Below are positions 37,244 to 47,852 of a stretch of 64,000 nt of DNA, in pieces; position 1 is the stretch's first letter, and each line of letters starts with the position of its first letter. Location: contig CBDCDA010000001.1 of NCBI GenBank assembly GCA_965215335.1, positions 1,632,001 through 1,696,000 of the forward strand, written 5' to 3'. A program made the position numbers and the translations under genes. Below the pieces are notes generated by a model that worked only from the letters and a program-made list of their open reading frames with translations, was not told where the DNA came from and did not search any database. The DNA is from an uncultured Candidatus Entotheonella sp. GTDB taxonomy: Bacteria; Tectomicrobia; Entotheonellia; Entotheonellales; Entotheonellaceae.

Positions 37244-37933
37244 ATGCTCCATTCTCGAACCGCCGGCTGCCTTTCCGTCATCGTTCCGACCCTCAACGAA
37301 CGGGCGTGCCTGGCCGCCACCCTCGATGCCCTTTTCCTGTCCCCTGGCGACGAGCTCATCGTCGTGGACGCCGGCAGCACCGACGGCACGCCCGGCATCG
37401 CCCGGCGGTACACGTCGAAATTCTACCAGGGGCCACGGGGCCGGGCGCAGCAGATGAACCACGGCGCCCGGCAGGCGCGCGGCGACATCCTGCTCTTCCT
37501 GCACGCCGACACGCTGCTGCCGGCCGGCGGCCTGGGGGCGGTGCGACGTGCCTTGCAACAGCCGGGCACGGTCGGCGGCGCCTTTCGCCTGAGCATCACG
37601 CCGGCAACCCCCGCCCTGCGCCTGGTGGCCTGGGGCACCAATCTGAGGAGCCGCTTCGGCGGCCTGCCGTATGGCGACCAAGCCCTTTTCGTCTCCCGCC
37701 GAGTATTCGAGGACCTGGGCGGCTACGACGACGTGCCGTTCATGGAAGACATCCGCCTGGTACAGGCGCTGCGGCGCCGCGGTCGCCTGGTCATCCTGCC
37801 GCAGGCCGTCGCCACCTCCGGGCGCCGCTGGCAGCGCGACGGCGTGCTCTTCACCACGGCGCGCAACCTCGCGCTCATGGCCCTGTACTTCTGCGGCGTC
37901 CGGCCCGCCACGCTGAAGCGCTGGTACGGGTAA
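37244..37933 (+). CDS. Family 2 glycosyltransferase (TIGR04283-like)
   Basis: PTLNE, DAGSTDGT, RAQQMN.GA, FLHADT, YGDQ, FMED, TSGRRW. Confidence 0.88.
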   Translation: MLHSRTAGCLSVIVPTLNERACLAATLDALFLSPGDELIVVDAGSTDGTPGIARRYTSKFYQGPRGRAQQMNHGARQARGDILLFLHADTLLPAGGLGAVRRALQQPGTVGGAFRLSITPATPALRLVAWGTNLRSRFGGLPYGDQALFVSRRVFEDLGGYDDVPFMEDIRLVQALRRRGRLVILPQAVATSGRRWQRDGVLFTTARNLALMALYFCGVRPATLKRWYG

Positions 37934-38097
37934 GACGGGCGCTCCGGAAACTTGACCGTTCTGCGGATTGGCCTGTTCTGGTATAGTTCAGAATTGAAGA
38001 TGATGTTAGTGTTGCCCGGTTGTGCTGGCTCACACGTATGATGGTGGGAGACCGCCACTGTCTCCATTTCTGGCCCCGATCCCTTTGAAGAGCTCCA

Positions 38098-38958
38098 ATG
38101 GCAACCACCGCTGCTGTCGCCGACGCCGTACCGCACTTGCAACAGGTCCCCTACTACGTGCCGCTGGCCGACGAGGTCGAGGTCTTTCTCGCCGCCTACG
38201 AAGCCCGCCTGCCCGTGCTGCTCACCGGCCCTACCGGCTGCGGCAAGACGCGCTTCGTCGAGTACATGGCGCACCTCCTCTATCGCCAGGAGACGCACGC
38301 CTCGCCGTCCCGCCGCGGCCTTGACGAACCGCTCGTCACTGTCGCCTGTCACGAGGACCTGAGCGCCAGCGACCTGGTCGGGCGCTACCTGCTCAGCGGC
38401 GACGAAACCGTATGGATCGACGGCCCCCTGACGCGCGCCGTGTGCAGCGGTGCCATCTGCTACCTCGACGAGATCGTCGAGGCCCGCAAGGACACCATGG
38501 TGCTCATCCACGCCCTCACCGACCATCGCCGCATGCTGCCGGTGGAAAAGCGCAGCCTCGTCCTCAACGCGCACGACGACTTCCTGCTCGTCATGTCGTA
38601 CAACCCCGGCTACCAGAGCGTCCTCAAGGACCTGAAGCCCAGCACCCGGCAGCGCTTCGTGTCGCTGGCCTTCGACTACCCGCCGCACGGCCGCGAAGCC
38701 GCCATCATCGCCCACGAAAGCGGCGTCGACAGCGAGACGGCGGGCGACCTCGCCACCCTCGGCGCCAAGGTCCGTCACCTGCGCCAGCACGGCTTCGAGG
38801 AGGGCGTCAGCACCCGCCTGCTGGTGTACGCCGGGCACCTCATCGGGCGCGGCATCCCGGCGCGGCGCGCCTGCGAGGTGGCCGTCTGCCGCGCCGTCAC
38901 CGACGACGCCGAGATACATCGCGCCATCGCCGAGCTGGTGGCGACCCTGTTTCCCTGA
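38098..38958 (+). CDS. CbbQ/NirQ/NorQ family MoxR AAA+ ATPase
   Basis: [62 protein letters not shown]. Confidence 0.95.
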   Translation: MATTAAVADAVPHLQQVPYYVPLADEVEVFLAAYEARLPVLLTGPTGCGKTRFVEYMAHLLYRQETHASPSRRGLDEPLVTVACHEDLSASDLVGRYLLSGDETVWIDGPLTRAVCSGAICYLDEIVEARKDTMVLIHALTDHRRMLPVEKRSLVLNAHDDFLLVMSYNPGYQSVLKDLKPSTRQRFVSLAFDYPPHGREAAIIAHESGVDSETAGDLATLGAKVRHLRQHGFEEGVSTRLLVYAGHLIGRGIPARRACEVAVCRAVTDDAEIHRAIAELVATLFP

Positions 38959-38976
38959 TCGAAGCCCCTGGATGCC

Positions 38977-41900
38977 ATGTCCGTCAGCTGCTCTCCATCC
39001 CTGCCCCCTGCGCTCGAATCCCTGGCGACGGTATCCGCGTCCGTAGCCGAGTGCGCCCTGCAAGCCATGCCGGCCATGCGCGCCGGGCTGTCAGCGGCCG
39101 AGGTGGCGCACTGGCTGGCCTGGTGCGAGCGACTGGCGACGTGCGGCTGGCGCAGCGCCGAAAGCGCCGCGGCGTTCATCCGGGTGAGCCCGTTCCTGTT
39201 GCAGCGATTGTCCGCGGCGGAACTCTGGCCGTGGGCCGAGCACGGGGAAGCGCTGGCGCGCACCGCCACCGCTGCCGCCACCGCCTTCTTTCGAGCCACG
39301 CGCTCCTTCGTGCAGAAGACCTCCCGTGACGCCCTGTCACAATGGGTCGCCGATGGCAAGTGGTACCTGCGGCAACATCCGATTTTCGCGCCCTTGGCGG
39401 AAACGTATTTCGAGATCAGCCCGGCCGTGTACGGCCACTACGCGCTCGCCGACGCCCGGGCCTGGGGACAGCTGGGGCACGATTTCGCCCGCCTCGGCTG
39501 GCAGCCCGGGCGCGACTTCCTGGCACTCAGCCGGCGCCTCGTGGCGCAGGCGCCCGAGGTCGACCTCGCCCCGGCGTGGCAGCAGGCGCGCCGCATGCTG
39601 CCGCAGGCCGGCAAGCTGGCGCTGGAATACCTGGAACGCTACCCCGACTACGTGCAGCGCTTCGGTGAGGCCGGTGCTGCGGTCCTGCGCGACATCTTGG
39701 ACGAGATGCTGGCGCCGCGGAGCACGGACGCCGAGGCGTTTCTGCATCAGGCGGGCAGCACCCTGCTTCTGTTGCCGGCGACCGAGTGCCTGCAGGCGCT
39801 GACCTGGTGCCGGCAGATCAGCGCCGTCAGCCACGCCGGCGGGCTGGCTTTTCTCATCCATCTGCGCACCCTGCAGGAACGCCTGCCGGACAACCGCCTG
39901 CACGACTGGATCAGCGCCGGCATCGAGGCAGCCAGACGCCACGCGCCGGCCGGCGCGGCCTACTTCGCGCTTGAATCGGCGACGGCGCTCGACAACCTGC
40001 AGGCGCTGCAAAAACGGGTCGAGTTCGCTGCTGTCGAGTCGGTGCTGCGCCTGTACGCGCACGCCATCCTGGGTCGCCGCATGGACCTGAAAACCACCGA
40101 CGCGCTGCCGCAGGACGTGCTGCGCGGGAGTTCCGACCTGCCGACCTCGGACGGCATGGCCATTTACCTGCCGCCGCGGGTGGACGATTTCGACAGCGCG
40201 GCACGCAACTTCGGCGCCTACAAGGTCGCCATCCTGCACCAGGCCGGGTTTTACGAAAGCGGCACCTTGGCGTTCGACCTGGAGGCGTGCCGCCGCCGGC
40301 TGCCCGCCTTGCCGGCGGCGCCCGACGGTGCCGGGTCGTCGTTCCAGGGCTTCTTTGCCGCCTTTGCCGACCCCGACCTCGCCCGCAGCCTGTTCGCCAT
40401 CCTTGAAGACACCCGCGTCGATGCCTGGATCGCCCGTCATTACAAGGGCATCCGAGCCGACCTCGACCGCCTCATGCAACACGGCCGCCGCCAGCGGCCG
40501 CCGCTCCGCGGCATGCCGTTGCGCCAGGCTTTGCTGGAGGGCCTGCTGCAACTCAGCCTTGGCGCCGACCCGGCGGACTTCGACCCGCCGCTGCTGCGCT
40601 TGCTGTTACAGCGCCTGGCGCCGCTGGTGCAAGCGCTGCACACTGCCGCGGCTACGGTGTACGACAGTGCCGACGCCGTCTTGCGGGCCTACCGGCTGCT
40701 GAGGCGAATCCCGCACGACGCCGGCCTGACCTTCACACGCAGCGCCGCCGACCTGCTCTCGGCCCTCGACCCCGGTCTTGTGGACGACGCCGACATGCTC
40801 GCCTTGGCAGACCTGTTCCGCGCCGCTGGTGACGCCACCGACCGACTGCCGGCGCTGCCGGGTGGCGAGGCGCCGGCCACCGGCGTGGAGGCCGTGCCCT
40901 ACCGCGGCGCCGTCAAGCCCGACGTCATCGAGAAAAAGATGCGTCTGAGCGGCCTGGAAGACACTCTGGACCGTCACGCCGGCCTCAGCCCGCTGGCGCC
41001 GGAAACGCTCGAGACGCTGCTGGAAAACGACGGCCTCGACATCAAGAGCCTGCACCGGGGAGAGGTCAACGCCACCACCGGCCTGTTCGTCTCCAGCCTG
41101 CAAGGCCGCCCGGCCGGTGACGCCGCCGCGGCCCAGCGCGAATCCCGGCGCGAGCGAGCCGACCTGCTGTGCGTCGAGCCGGGCGAGGCGGAAGCCGAGC
41201 CCGTACGCCTGCCGCAGACCTTTCACTACGACGAGTGGGATTACCTGATCGGCGATTACCGCCGCGCCTGGTGCCGCCTGCGTGAAATGCCCCTGGGCGA
41301 CGGCGGCCCGGATTTTGTTGCAGGCACCCGCCGCACCTACACCGAGTTGCTGGCGCGGGTGAAGCGGCAATTCCAGTTGCTCAGGCCCGAGCAGGTCAAG
41401 ACCGTCAAGCCGCTCACCGACGGCGAGGCCATCGACCTCGACAGCGCCGTCCAGGCACTCGTCGACCGCCGTGCTGGCCACACCCTGGCAGACAAGGTCT
41501 ACGCCCGCCGCGACAAGCACGACCGCAGCGTCGCGGCGGTGTTCCTGCTCGACATGAGCGCCTCAACCGACGACAAGATCAAGGACCCAGCCGGCGACGG
41601 CGAGCCGCAGCGGCGTATCATCGATGTCGAAAAAGAGGCCCTGGTGCTCATGGCCGAGGCCCTCGAAGCCTTGGGCGACGCCTACGCCGTGTATGGTTTT
41701 TCCGGCTACGGGCGTGACCAGGTCGACGCTTTTGTGGTCAAGTCGTTCGACGAGCCCTACGACCGCCGCATCCAGGGCCGCATTGCCGCCATCGAGCCGC
41801 ACCGTAGCACCCGCATGGGGCCGGTGATTCGCCACGCCGCGGCCCGGTTGGGGCGCCAGGAAGCGCGCCTGAAGGCGCTGATCCTGCTGAGCGACGGCTA

Positions 41901-42138
41901 CCCGCAGGATGTCGATTACGGCCAGGACCGCAAGAGCAAGGACTACGGCCTGCAGGACACCGCCAAGGCATTGCAGGAGGCGCGACTCAAGGCGATACGC
42001 ACCTTCTGCCTCACCGTCGATCCCAGCGGGCACGATTATCTGCGGCAGATGTGCCCCGACCGGCAGTATCTGGTGATTGACGACATGGCGGCGCTGCCGC
42101 GGGAATTGCCCAAGGTGTACCGCGGCCTGACCGCCTGA
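38977..42138 (+). CDS. Long CbbO/NorD-like VWA-domain adaptor
   Basis: LEDTRVD, YDEWDY...YR..WC, DGEAIDLD, MIDAS DMSAS, TRMG..IRH, LSDGYPQD. Confidence 0.9.
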   Translation: MSVSCSPSLPPALESLATVSASVAECALQAMPAMRAGLSAAEVAHWLAWCERLATCGWRSAESAAAFIRVSPFLLQRLSAAELWPWAEHGEALARTATAAATAFFRATRSFVQKTSRDALSQWVADGKWYLRQHPIFAPLAETYFEISPAVYGHYALADARAWGQLGHDFARLGWQPGRDFLALSRRLVAQAPEVDLAPAWQQARRMLPQAGKLALEYLERYPDYVQRFGEAGAAVLRDILDEMLAPRSTDAEAFLHQAGSTLLLLPATECLQALTWCRQISAVSHAGGLAFLIHLRTLQERLPDNRLHDWISAGIEAARRHAPAGAAYFALESATALDNLQALQKRVEFAAVESVLRLYAHAILGRRMDLKTTDALPQDVLRGSSDLPTSDGMAIYLPPRVDDFDSAARNFGAYKVAILHQAGFYESGTLAFDLEACRRRLPALPAAPDGAGSSFQGFFAAFADPDLARSLFAILEDTRVDAWIARHYKGIRADLDRLMQHGRRQRPPLRGMPLRQALLEGLLQLSLGADPADFDPPLLRLLLQRLAPLVQALHTAAATVYDSADAVLRAYRLLRRIPHDAGLTFTRSAADLLSALDPGLVDDADMLALADLFRAAGDATDRLPALPGGEAPATGVEAVPYRGAVKPDVIEKKMRLSGLEDTLDRHAGLSPLAPETLETLLENDGLDIKSLHRGEVNATTGLFVSSLQGRPAGDAAAAQRESRRERADLLCVEPGEAEAEPVRLPQTFHYDEWDYLIGDYRRAWCRLREMPLGDGGPDFVAGTRRTYTELLARVKRQFQLLRPEQVKTVKPLTDGEAIDLDSAVQALVDRRAGHTLADKVYARRDKHDRSVAAVFLLDMSASTDDKIKDPAGDGEPQRRIIDVEKEALVLMAEALEALGDAYAVYGFSGYGRDQVDAFVVKSFDEPYDRRIQGRIAAIEPHRSTRMGPVIRHAAARLGRQEARLKALILLSDGYPQDVDYGQDRKSKDYGLQDTAKALQEARLKAIRTFCLTVDPSGHDYLRQMCPDRQYLVIDDMAALPRELPKVYRGLTA

Positions 42139-42172
42139 GGGCGATCACGGCGCGCTGCCAGAGAGGGGAGAC

Positions 42173-42823
42173 ATGGTTACGGTTATCGGCATCACGGGCG
42201 GCATCGGCGCCGGCAAGAGCTCGGCAGCGGCGACCCTGGGCGAGTTGGGCGCCGAGGTCATCGATGCGGACAAGGCGGCGCACCAGGTCTACTTGCCAGA
42301 TACGCCCGCCTGGCGCGAGATCGTGGCAGCGTTCGGCGAGGAGGTGCTGGCCGCGGACCGTACCATCGACCGCCGCCGGCTCGGCCCGCGGGTGTTCGCC
42401 GACCCCGGCGCCCTGCAAACCCTGAACGGCATCATGCACGGCAAGATTTTCGCCTACATCCAGGGGCAGATCGCCTGCATCCGCCGGATGGAAGCGGCGC
42501 GCCCACAGCAAGCGTCAGCGAGTGCATGCAATGAGCCGGCACGAGTGCAGCGCGTGGTGGCGGTCGAGGCCGCCGTCCTGCTGGAAGCCGGATGGCAAGC
42601 CCTGGTGGACCAGTTATGGGTGGTGGTCGCGCCGGTCGAGGTGGCCATTGCCCGCCTGCGCGACGACCGGGGCGTGCCCGAGGACCAGGCCCGTGCCCGC
42701 ATCGCCGCTCAGATGTCCAACGACGAGCGCATCGCCCACGCCGACACCGTCATTCACAACGCCGCCGACCTCGGTGCCCTGCGGGACGCCATCACCACGG
42801 CGTGGCAGCGCCTGGGTGCCTGA
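42173..42823 (+). CDS. coaE: Dephospho-CoA kinase
   Basis: GITGGIGAGKS, IDAD, IDRRRLG, ARIAAQM. Confidence 0.95.
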   Translation: MVTVIGITGGIGAGKSSAAATLGELGAEVIDADKAAHQVYLPDTPAWREIVAAFGEEVLAADRTIDRRRLGPRVFADPGALQTLNGIMHGKIFAYIQGQIACIRRMEAARPQQASASACNEPARVQRVVAVEAAVLLEAGWQALVDQLWVVVAPVEVAIARLRDDRGVPEDQARARIAAQMSNDERIAHADTVIHNAADLGALRDAITTAWQRLGA

Positions 42824-42830
42824 CAACCGA

Positions 42831-42895
42831 TTCGAGATTGCTGATTTTGGATTGACACAATCCGCAATCCGAAATTCACAGTCCAAAATCCGCAA
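42831..42895. repeat. Heptamer-based (AATCCGC/AATCCAA-like) short repeats in inverted arrangement
   Basis: gattgctgattttggattg ... caatccgcaatccgaaattcacagtccaaaatccgcaa. Confidence 0.6.
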
Positions 42896-42909
42896 CGGAA
42901 AGGAACACC

Positions 42910-43626
42910 ATGCGTGCAGACGGACGCGGCCACGACGAACTGCGGCCCCTGAGCATTACCCCCGGCGTGGCCAAGTACGCCGAGGGCTCGGCGCTGATCA
43001 CCATGGGTGATACGCAGGTGCGCTGCACGGCGTCGGTGGAGGAATCGGTGCCGCGCTTCCGGCGCGATAGCGGCCGGGGCTGGGTGAGCGCCGAGTACGC
43101 CATGCTGCCGCGCGCTACCCATACGCGCACGCCGCGCGAGGTGTCGCGTGGGCGGCAGGGTGGCAGAACGCTGGAAATTCAACGCCTGATCGGGCGCTCG
43201 CTGCGCGCCGTGGTCGATTTCGAGCAACTCGGCGAACGCACCGTGTGGCTGGACTGCGACGTTCTCCAGGCCGACGGCGGCACGCGCACGGCGTCGATCA
43301 GCGGCGCCTACGTAGCCCTGTACGCCGCCCTTCAGCATTTGCAGAATCAAGGCGTGCTGGCGGCCATCCCGCTGCGCGACGCCGTGGCTGCGGTCAGCCT
43401 GGGCATCGTCGTCGGCGCGGCGTGCCTGGACCTGGATTACCAGGAAGATTCGACGTCGGACGTGGATATGAACGTGGTCATGACGGGGCAGGGCTCCCTG
43501 GTGGAGATCCAGGGCACGGGGGAAGGAGCACCGTTCAGTCAGGGATCGTTGCTGGAACTGCTGGGACTGGCGCGCCAAGGGATCGAACAGATCGTCACCG
43601 CCCAGCGCGCCGCCCTGGGGTTGTAG
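42910..43626 (+). CDS. rph: Ribonuclease PH
   Basis: [44 protein letters not shown]...DMN, EIQGTGE. Confidence 0.97.
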   Translation: MRADGRGHDELRPLSITPGVAKYAEGSALITMGDTQVRCTASVEESVPRFRRDSGRGWVSAEYAMLPRATHTRTPREVSRGRQGGRTLEIQRLIGRSLRAVVDFEQLGERTVWLDCDVLQADGGTRTASISGAYVALYAALQHLQNQGVLAAIPLRDAVAAVSLGIVVGAACLDLDYQEDSTSDVDMNVVMTGQGSLVEIQGTGEGAPFSQGSLLELLGLARQGIEQIVTAQRAALGL

Positions 43627-44468
43627 GTTCAGGACTCATATCCAGAAGATGACCGTGGCAGCAAGGCAGATGGCACTGAAAAAGGTGTGCGCACACCGGT
43701 CATAGCGCGTGGCGATGCGACGCCAATCCTTGAGACGACCGAACAGGCGCTCGATGAGATTACGGCTCTTGTAAAGCTCCGTGTCGTAGACAATCGGCTC
43801 TTTACGATTGGCACGGCCTGGAATACAGGGCTTGATCTTGCGCTCGGCAAGCGCCTTGCGCAGCCGGTTGCTGTCATAACCCTTGTCGGCAATCAGCACG
43901 TCGGCCTCCGGCAATGCGGGCAGCGCCATGTCTGCCCCGCGATAGTCGCTGACCTGGCCCGCAGTCAACACCATGACGACGGGCTTGCCGTCGCCGTCGC
44001 AGACGGCGTGAAGTTTCGAGTTGAGGCCGCCTCGGGTACGCCCGATATGACGCGGAAAAGCCCCCCCTCAAGCAGGCTGGCAGCGGTGCGATGCGCCTTG
44101 AGATGCGTGCTGTCGATCATGACGGTCTCGGTGGCCGTGCTGTCGGCGGCCAAGGTTTGGAAGATGCGGTCGAAGACACCGGCCTTGCTCCAGCGCACGA
44201 AGCGGTTGTAGAGCGTCTTGTGGGGACCGTAGCAGGCGGGCGCGTGGCGCCACATCAGACCGTATCGAATGACGTGGATGATGCCGCTGATGACTTTTCG
44301 GTCATCGACGCGTGGGACCCCCCGCACCTTGTTGGGTAGCAGGGGTTTCAGGCGGGCAAACTGCACGTCGGATAGCCAGAAGCAGTGATCGGGCATGATG
44401 AACCTCCTTATGAAGTCAGGGTCTTGAATCCTACATGACCAATGATGCCCTTTTATAGGTCCTGAGCC
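43626..44468 (-). mobile_element. IS5-family (IS427-group-like) insertion sequence, apparently intact
   Basis: Imperfect terminal IRs GGTTCAGGACTCATA / GGCTCAGGACCTATA; TA duplicated at 43624-43625 and 44469-44470; two-ORF transposase. Confidence 0.92.
43636..44396 (-). CDS. IS5 transposase, OrfA (44396-43965) plus OrfB joined by a -1 frameshift near 44061-44067
   Basis: OrfA G.PRVDDR...YGPHKTLYNRF.RW...IDST.LKAHR; -1 frame IGRTRGGLNSKLHA...ADKGYD...RNLIERLF.RLKDWRRIATRYD. Confidence 0.9.
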
Positions 44469-44571
44469 TAGACAATGCAGGTCGGATTAGCGCCAGCGCC
44501 AGCCGACGCGTTCCATTGCAACAGCGGGGGCAGGAGTTGCCCCCGCGCAACATCAGGACCGCGCAGACCTC

Positions 44572-46155
44572 CTACAGGTCAAACGCCTTGGCGAAACGCT
44601 CGTACGGCTCCAGCGGGTCGCCGTATTTCACGTGGCCTGCCACGATGTGCGCGCAGGCCGGCAGCAGCACGTCGCGTTCCGGCGCCGTGCTTTTCAGGTA
44701 ATCCTCCGTCATGCACAGGCCGATTTCCTGGTTATGAGGATCGTTGCCTTCCTTCACCGCGGCCAGGGCCAGGGTGCGCACCAGGGGTTTGCGGTCGTAG
44801 CCGCCGGCGAGGTAAGCGCGTACCCAGGCGGCGCCTTCGGAGCCGCTCTGGGCGATGATCGCCGCATCCACACGCCGCAGGATCGCGTCCGCCGGCAGCC
44901 GCTCGGAGCCGCTCGGCACGCCGTCTTCGGCGCCGCCGTTGCCGGGCGTGTGCTTCACCCACAGGGCGCACTGGTTGATGAACGAGCCGGCCACGTAGAG
45001 CAGCTTGATGCGGTGCGGGTGGTCGAACTTGTCATAGAACCAGCGCAGCGTGTTGGTGTACTCGTAGCCGTGGTGCGGCATGGAGAAATCGCTGTTCTGC
45101 TGCACCCGCAGGATGATCCTGGCAGCGGCCGTCTGGATGACGTCGACGATGGCCTTCGGGTCCTTGCCGGCCAGGAGCAGCTCGGTAATGGCGTTGATCC
45201 AGGCCATGTCGGCCTCCTCGTGCAGCGCCTGCACGAGATCGTCGGCTTCCGGCGGGGTCAGCGGCTTGTCGTTCGCCAGCAGGTAAGTCTCCGGCTGCTG
45301 CTTCGGGCTGGGCGACAGGGACGATTCCGGCTGATCCGCCTCGCGTGCCAGCATGGTCCAGGCGACCTGGCAGGCCATTTCGTAGGCGGAATGCCAGCGC
45401 GGTCCCACCGCCATGTCCGGCACGCCGGCGTAGAGCACGTCGTGGGCCCGATCCCAGCCGACGGCCTCGCCGATTTCAAACGTCGCGCGGGCGCGGTAGG
45501 ACTTGTGACCGGTGGTGTAGGAGCGGTTCAGCAGCATGCGGTCCTGCACATCGATGAGGCCGGCGAACGCCATGTGGCCGAGCAAGTCATGGCGGCGTCC
45601 GGGTTCCTCGAACAGGCCGAGGAAAACGCGGTAAGCCTCGATCACCTCGCCGCATTGCACCAGCGTCAGCCAGTGATTGAGGCGCTCGTCGAACGAGCCG
45701 TCGAGATGCAGCGGTTCCTGATCCGCCCAGTAGGCGGTGGGTTTGGGCACGGCAGCATTGGGTTCGGGCTTGTAGGTGCGGCGCCCGTAATGCCCCGGTG
45801 CCTTGCCGAGAAGCTGGTTCCACGGATCGAGACCGGAAGGTACGTACCAGATGGTCTGCGCCATGGGCAGGTAGCGCAACTCGCCAGCGAGGTAATCCGG
45901 CAGCGCCAGGCTGGCGCGGCTGCTCAGCAGGCAGTGGTCGTTGTTGACGAACCGCACGAAGCCGTCGTCGATACGCTGGTGATACGGCACGTGGGTGTAG
46001 GGGGCGTGGATGCGGGTGGTTTCGCGGACAATTTCCGACAGCGGGCGCTCGGCGCGGACCAGATCGTAATAAGCCTTGCTGGCGCCCACTTGGTCTCGTT
46101 CAAGAACGGTTTCCTCCAACCGGTCGTACAGGTTGGCGACTGCTGTGCTGCCCAT
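44572..46155 (-). CDS. Hypothetical helical-repeat protein with four His-bearing repeats
   Basis: 527-aa ORF with GC-rich codon usage and AAGGAGG RBS; divergent from LysR gene. Confidence 0.8.
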   Translation of the reverse strand: MGSTAVANLYDRLEETVLERDQVGASKAYYDLVRAERPLSEIVRETTRIHAPYTHVPYHQRIDDGFVRFVNNDHCLLSSRASLALPDYLAGELRYLPMAQTIWYVPSGLDPWNQLLGKAPGHYGRRTYKPEPNAAVPKPTAYWADQEPLHLDGSFDERLNHWLTLVQCGEVIEAYRVFLGLFEEPGRRHDLLGHMAFAGLIDVQDRMLLNRSYTTGHKSYRARATFEIGEAVGWDRAHDVLYAGVPDMAVGPRWHSAYEMACQVAWTMLAREADQPESSLSPSPKQQPETYLLANDKPLTPPEADDLVQALHEEADMAWINAITELLLAGKDPKAIVDVIQTAAARIILRVQQNSDFSMPHHGYEYTNTLRWFYDKFDHPHRIKLLYVAGSFINQCALWVKHTPGNGGAEDGVPSGSERLPADAILRRVDAAIIAQSGSEGAAWVRAYLAGGYDRKPLVRTLALAAVKEGNDPHNQEIGLCMTEDYLKSTAPERDVLLPACAHIVAGHVKYGDPLEPYERFAKAFDL

Positions 46156-46373
46156 GGGGTCCTCCTTCAGGGTTGACGAATGAGGGAATGCAGGGGCAAT
46201 ACCCGCGCTTTGGGTGGTGGCTCAGTTTGGATCCCCCCCCAACCCTGTCCCGCGCGGGACAGGGAGCAGCGCTTCCCGCCACCCGCGACAGGAGAGGGCC
46301 AAGGAGAGGAAAGACAATGTTCACTATGCCACACCTTGGCTTTACAATGGTGCGAATAGTTTTTCCACAATAC

Positions 46374-46388
46374 ATTCCAGATGGGAAT
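46374..46388. promoter_or_regulatory. LysR-type T-N11-A palindromic operator
   Basis: ATTCC-agatg-GGAAT immediately upstream of the LysR start. Confidence 0.65.
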
Positions 46389-46393
46389 AGGGC

Positions 46394-47269
46394 ATGATCG
46401 ACAACCTCGAAGCCTTGGTGGCGCTGGCCGAGTGCGGCACCATGTCGAAGGCTGCCCTGCGGCTGTCCATCACGCAATCGGCGGTGAGCAAGCGGATTGC
46501 CAACCTGCAGGCGCAGTTGGGCAAACCCTTGGTGGAGCGCAGCGGCCGGCGGGTGGAGTTGACGCCTTACGCGCTGCACATCCTGCAGCGCACCCGGCCG
46601 CTGCTGGGCGAGTTGCGCGAGGCGCTCAGTGAGGAGGTGGCGGACAACACCGGCCAGTTGTCGGTTGCCATCGGCGCCGCCATCCTGATCGCCTGGGGCG
46701 CCGAGGTGCTCGCCAAGGCCAGGCAGGAAAACCCCGGCATCCGGCTGCGCATCAACACCTACCGCGGTCCCGACGCCATCGAGCGGGTGCGCTCCGGCGA
46801 GTACATGGTGGGCATCTGCTTTGGCCGCAGCGAGAGCACCCCGGACCTCGAAGCCCGCTACATCGTCGGCGAAACCATCGTCATCGTACCGAACCACCTA
46901 TGCCCGTTCGGCTTCCCCGCCGCGGGCGAACTGAACGTGCTGACCACCGCGCCACAGTCGGAAACCTGGCGCTTCATCGAGCGCCAGATACGCCGCGGCG
47001 AGCGCCAGTGGGGAGTGAAGATTCACGTGGAAAACACCATGGAGTCATTCCAGGCGGTGACCCAGATGGCGAGAGTCGGATTCGGGCATGGCCTGGTAAC
47101 GCTGGGGGTGGCGCGGGCCTTTGGGGTGCCTGTGGACGCGCTGGTCCGTTTCCCCGAACCGGGACTTAACATCCCGATCAGCCTGTACGGACGCCGCTCG
47201 ACGCTCGCACGACCGTTGGTGCAGACATTTCTGGAATCGCTGAAACGAAATCTACCGGAGCAGAATTAA
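46394..47269 (+). CDS. LysR family transcriptional regulator
   Basis: GTMSKAA.RL.ITQSAVSKRI..L...LG..LVERSGR...LT. Confidence 0.93.
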   Translation: MIDNLEALVALAECGTMSKAALRLSITQSAVSKRIANLQAQLGKPLVERSGRRVELTPYALHILQRTRPLLGELREALSEEVADNTGQLSVAIGAAILIAWGAEVLAKARQENPGIRLRINTYRGPDAIERVRSGEYMVGICFGRSESTPDLEARYIVGETIVIVPNHLCPFGFPAAGELNVLTTAPQSETWRFIERQIRRGERQWGVKIHVENTMESFQAVTQMARVGFGHGLVTLGVARAFGVPVDALVRFPEPGLNIPISLYGRRSTLARPLVQTFLESLKRNLPEQN

Positions 47270-47364
47270 CGCGTGATAGCGGCCGGCAAAAATCCATTGC
47301 ACCGTTGGGGATTGCGTGGTAGGTTCCCGATTCGTCCGTTCCACCTGCCTTTCCAAAGACAAAA

Positions 47365-47438
47365 CGGGGCGTAGCGTAGCTTGGTAGCGCGTCGGCTTTG
47401 GGAGCCGAAGGCCCCCGGTTCAAATCCGGGCGCCCCGA
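47365..47438 (+). tRNA. tRNA-Pro(TGG); 3' CCA not encoded (followed by CCT)
   Basis: CGGGGCG/CGCCCCG acceptor stem, anticodon arm TCGGC-TTTGGGA-GCCGA, T-loop GGTTCAAATCC. Confidence 0.97.
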
Positions 47439-47521
47439 CCTTCCTTTTCCCATTCTTAACTATCTGTTTTTCATATAGTTGCGTGTTTTTCCCGACGGCC
47501 ATTTTTTGGGGCGTTGGCATG

Positions 47522-47797
47522 CTATTGGCATACAAATCTGCCAATCCGAGCAGATCCGCCACCCGATTGACGGCCTCGTTGGGGCGCCCTGGGTCGGACT
47601 TTCACGTAGCGTTTGTGCGCCAGGGTCGAGGGGGCGTGGCGCAGCAGAACTTCCTTGGTTTTTTCAGTGGCGCCGGCCTCGTCGAGCAACGTCGAGAAGG
47701 TGGTACGCAGGGCATGAAAATCGACCTTTCCTTCCGGCGTGGTTTTTTCGATGCCGGCTTTTCCAAGGTCGATATTGAGGCTGCGGGCCGTTGACAA
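47522..47797 (-). pseudogene. C-terminal fragment of tyrosine integrase next to the tRNA
   Basis: GKVDFHALRTTFST.L..AG......LLRH......RY. Confidence 0.8.
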
Positions 47798-47852
47798 ACC
47801 TCCGACATCAACCGCAACATGACGCTTGCGGCCTACAACCTTCTTGCCGCCA

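Noticed and set aside
37244..37933. Selenoneine/arsenosugar biosynthesis cluster
   Set aside because: The glycosyltransferase is alone; no selD-like, radical SAM or methyltransferase partners nearby
38098..42138. Evidence for Calvin cycle or denitrification
   Set aside because: No rubisco or nor structural genes in the window; the family alone does not define the client
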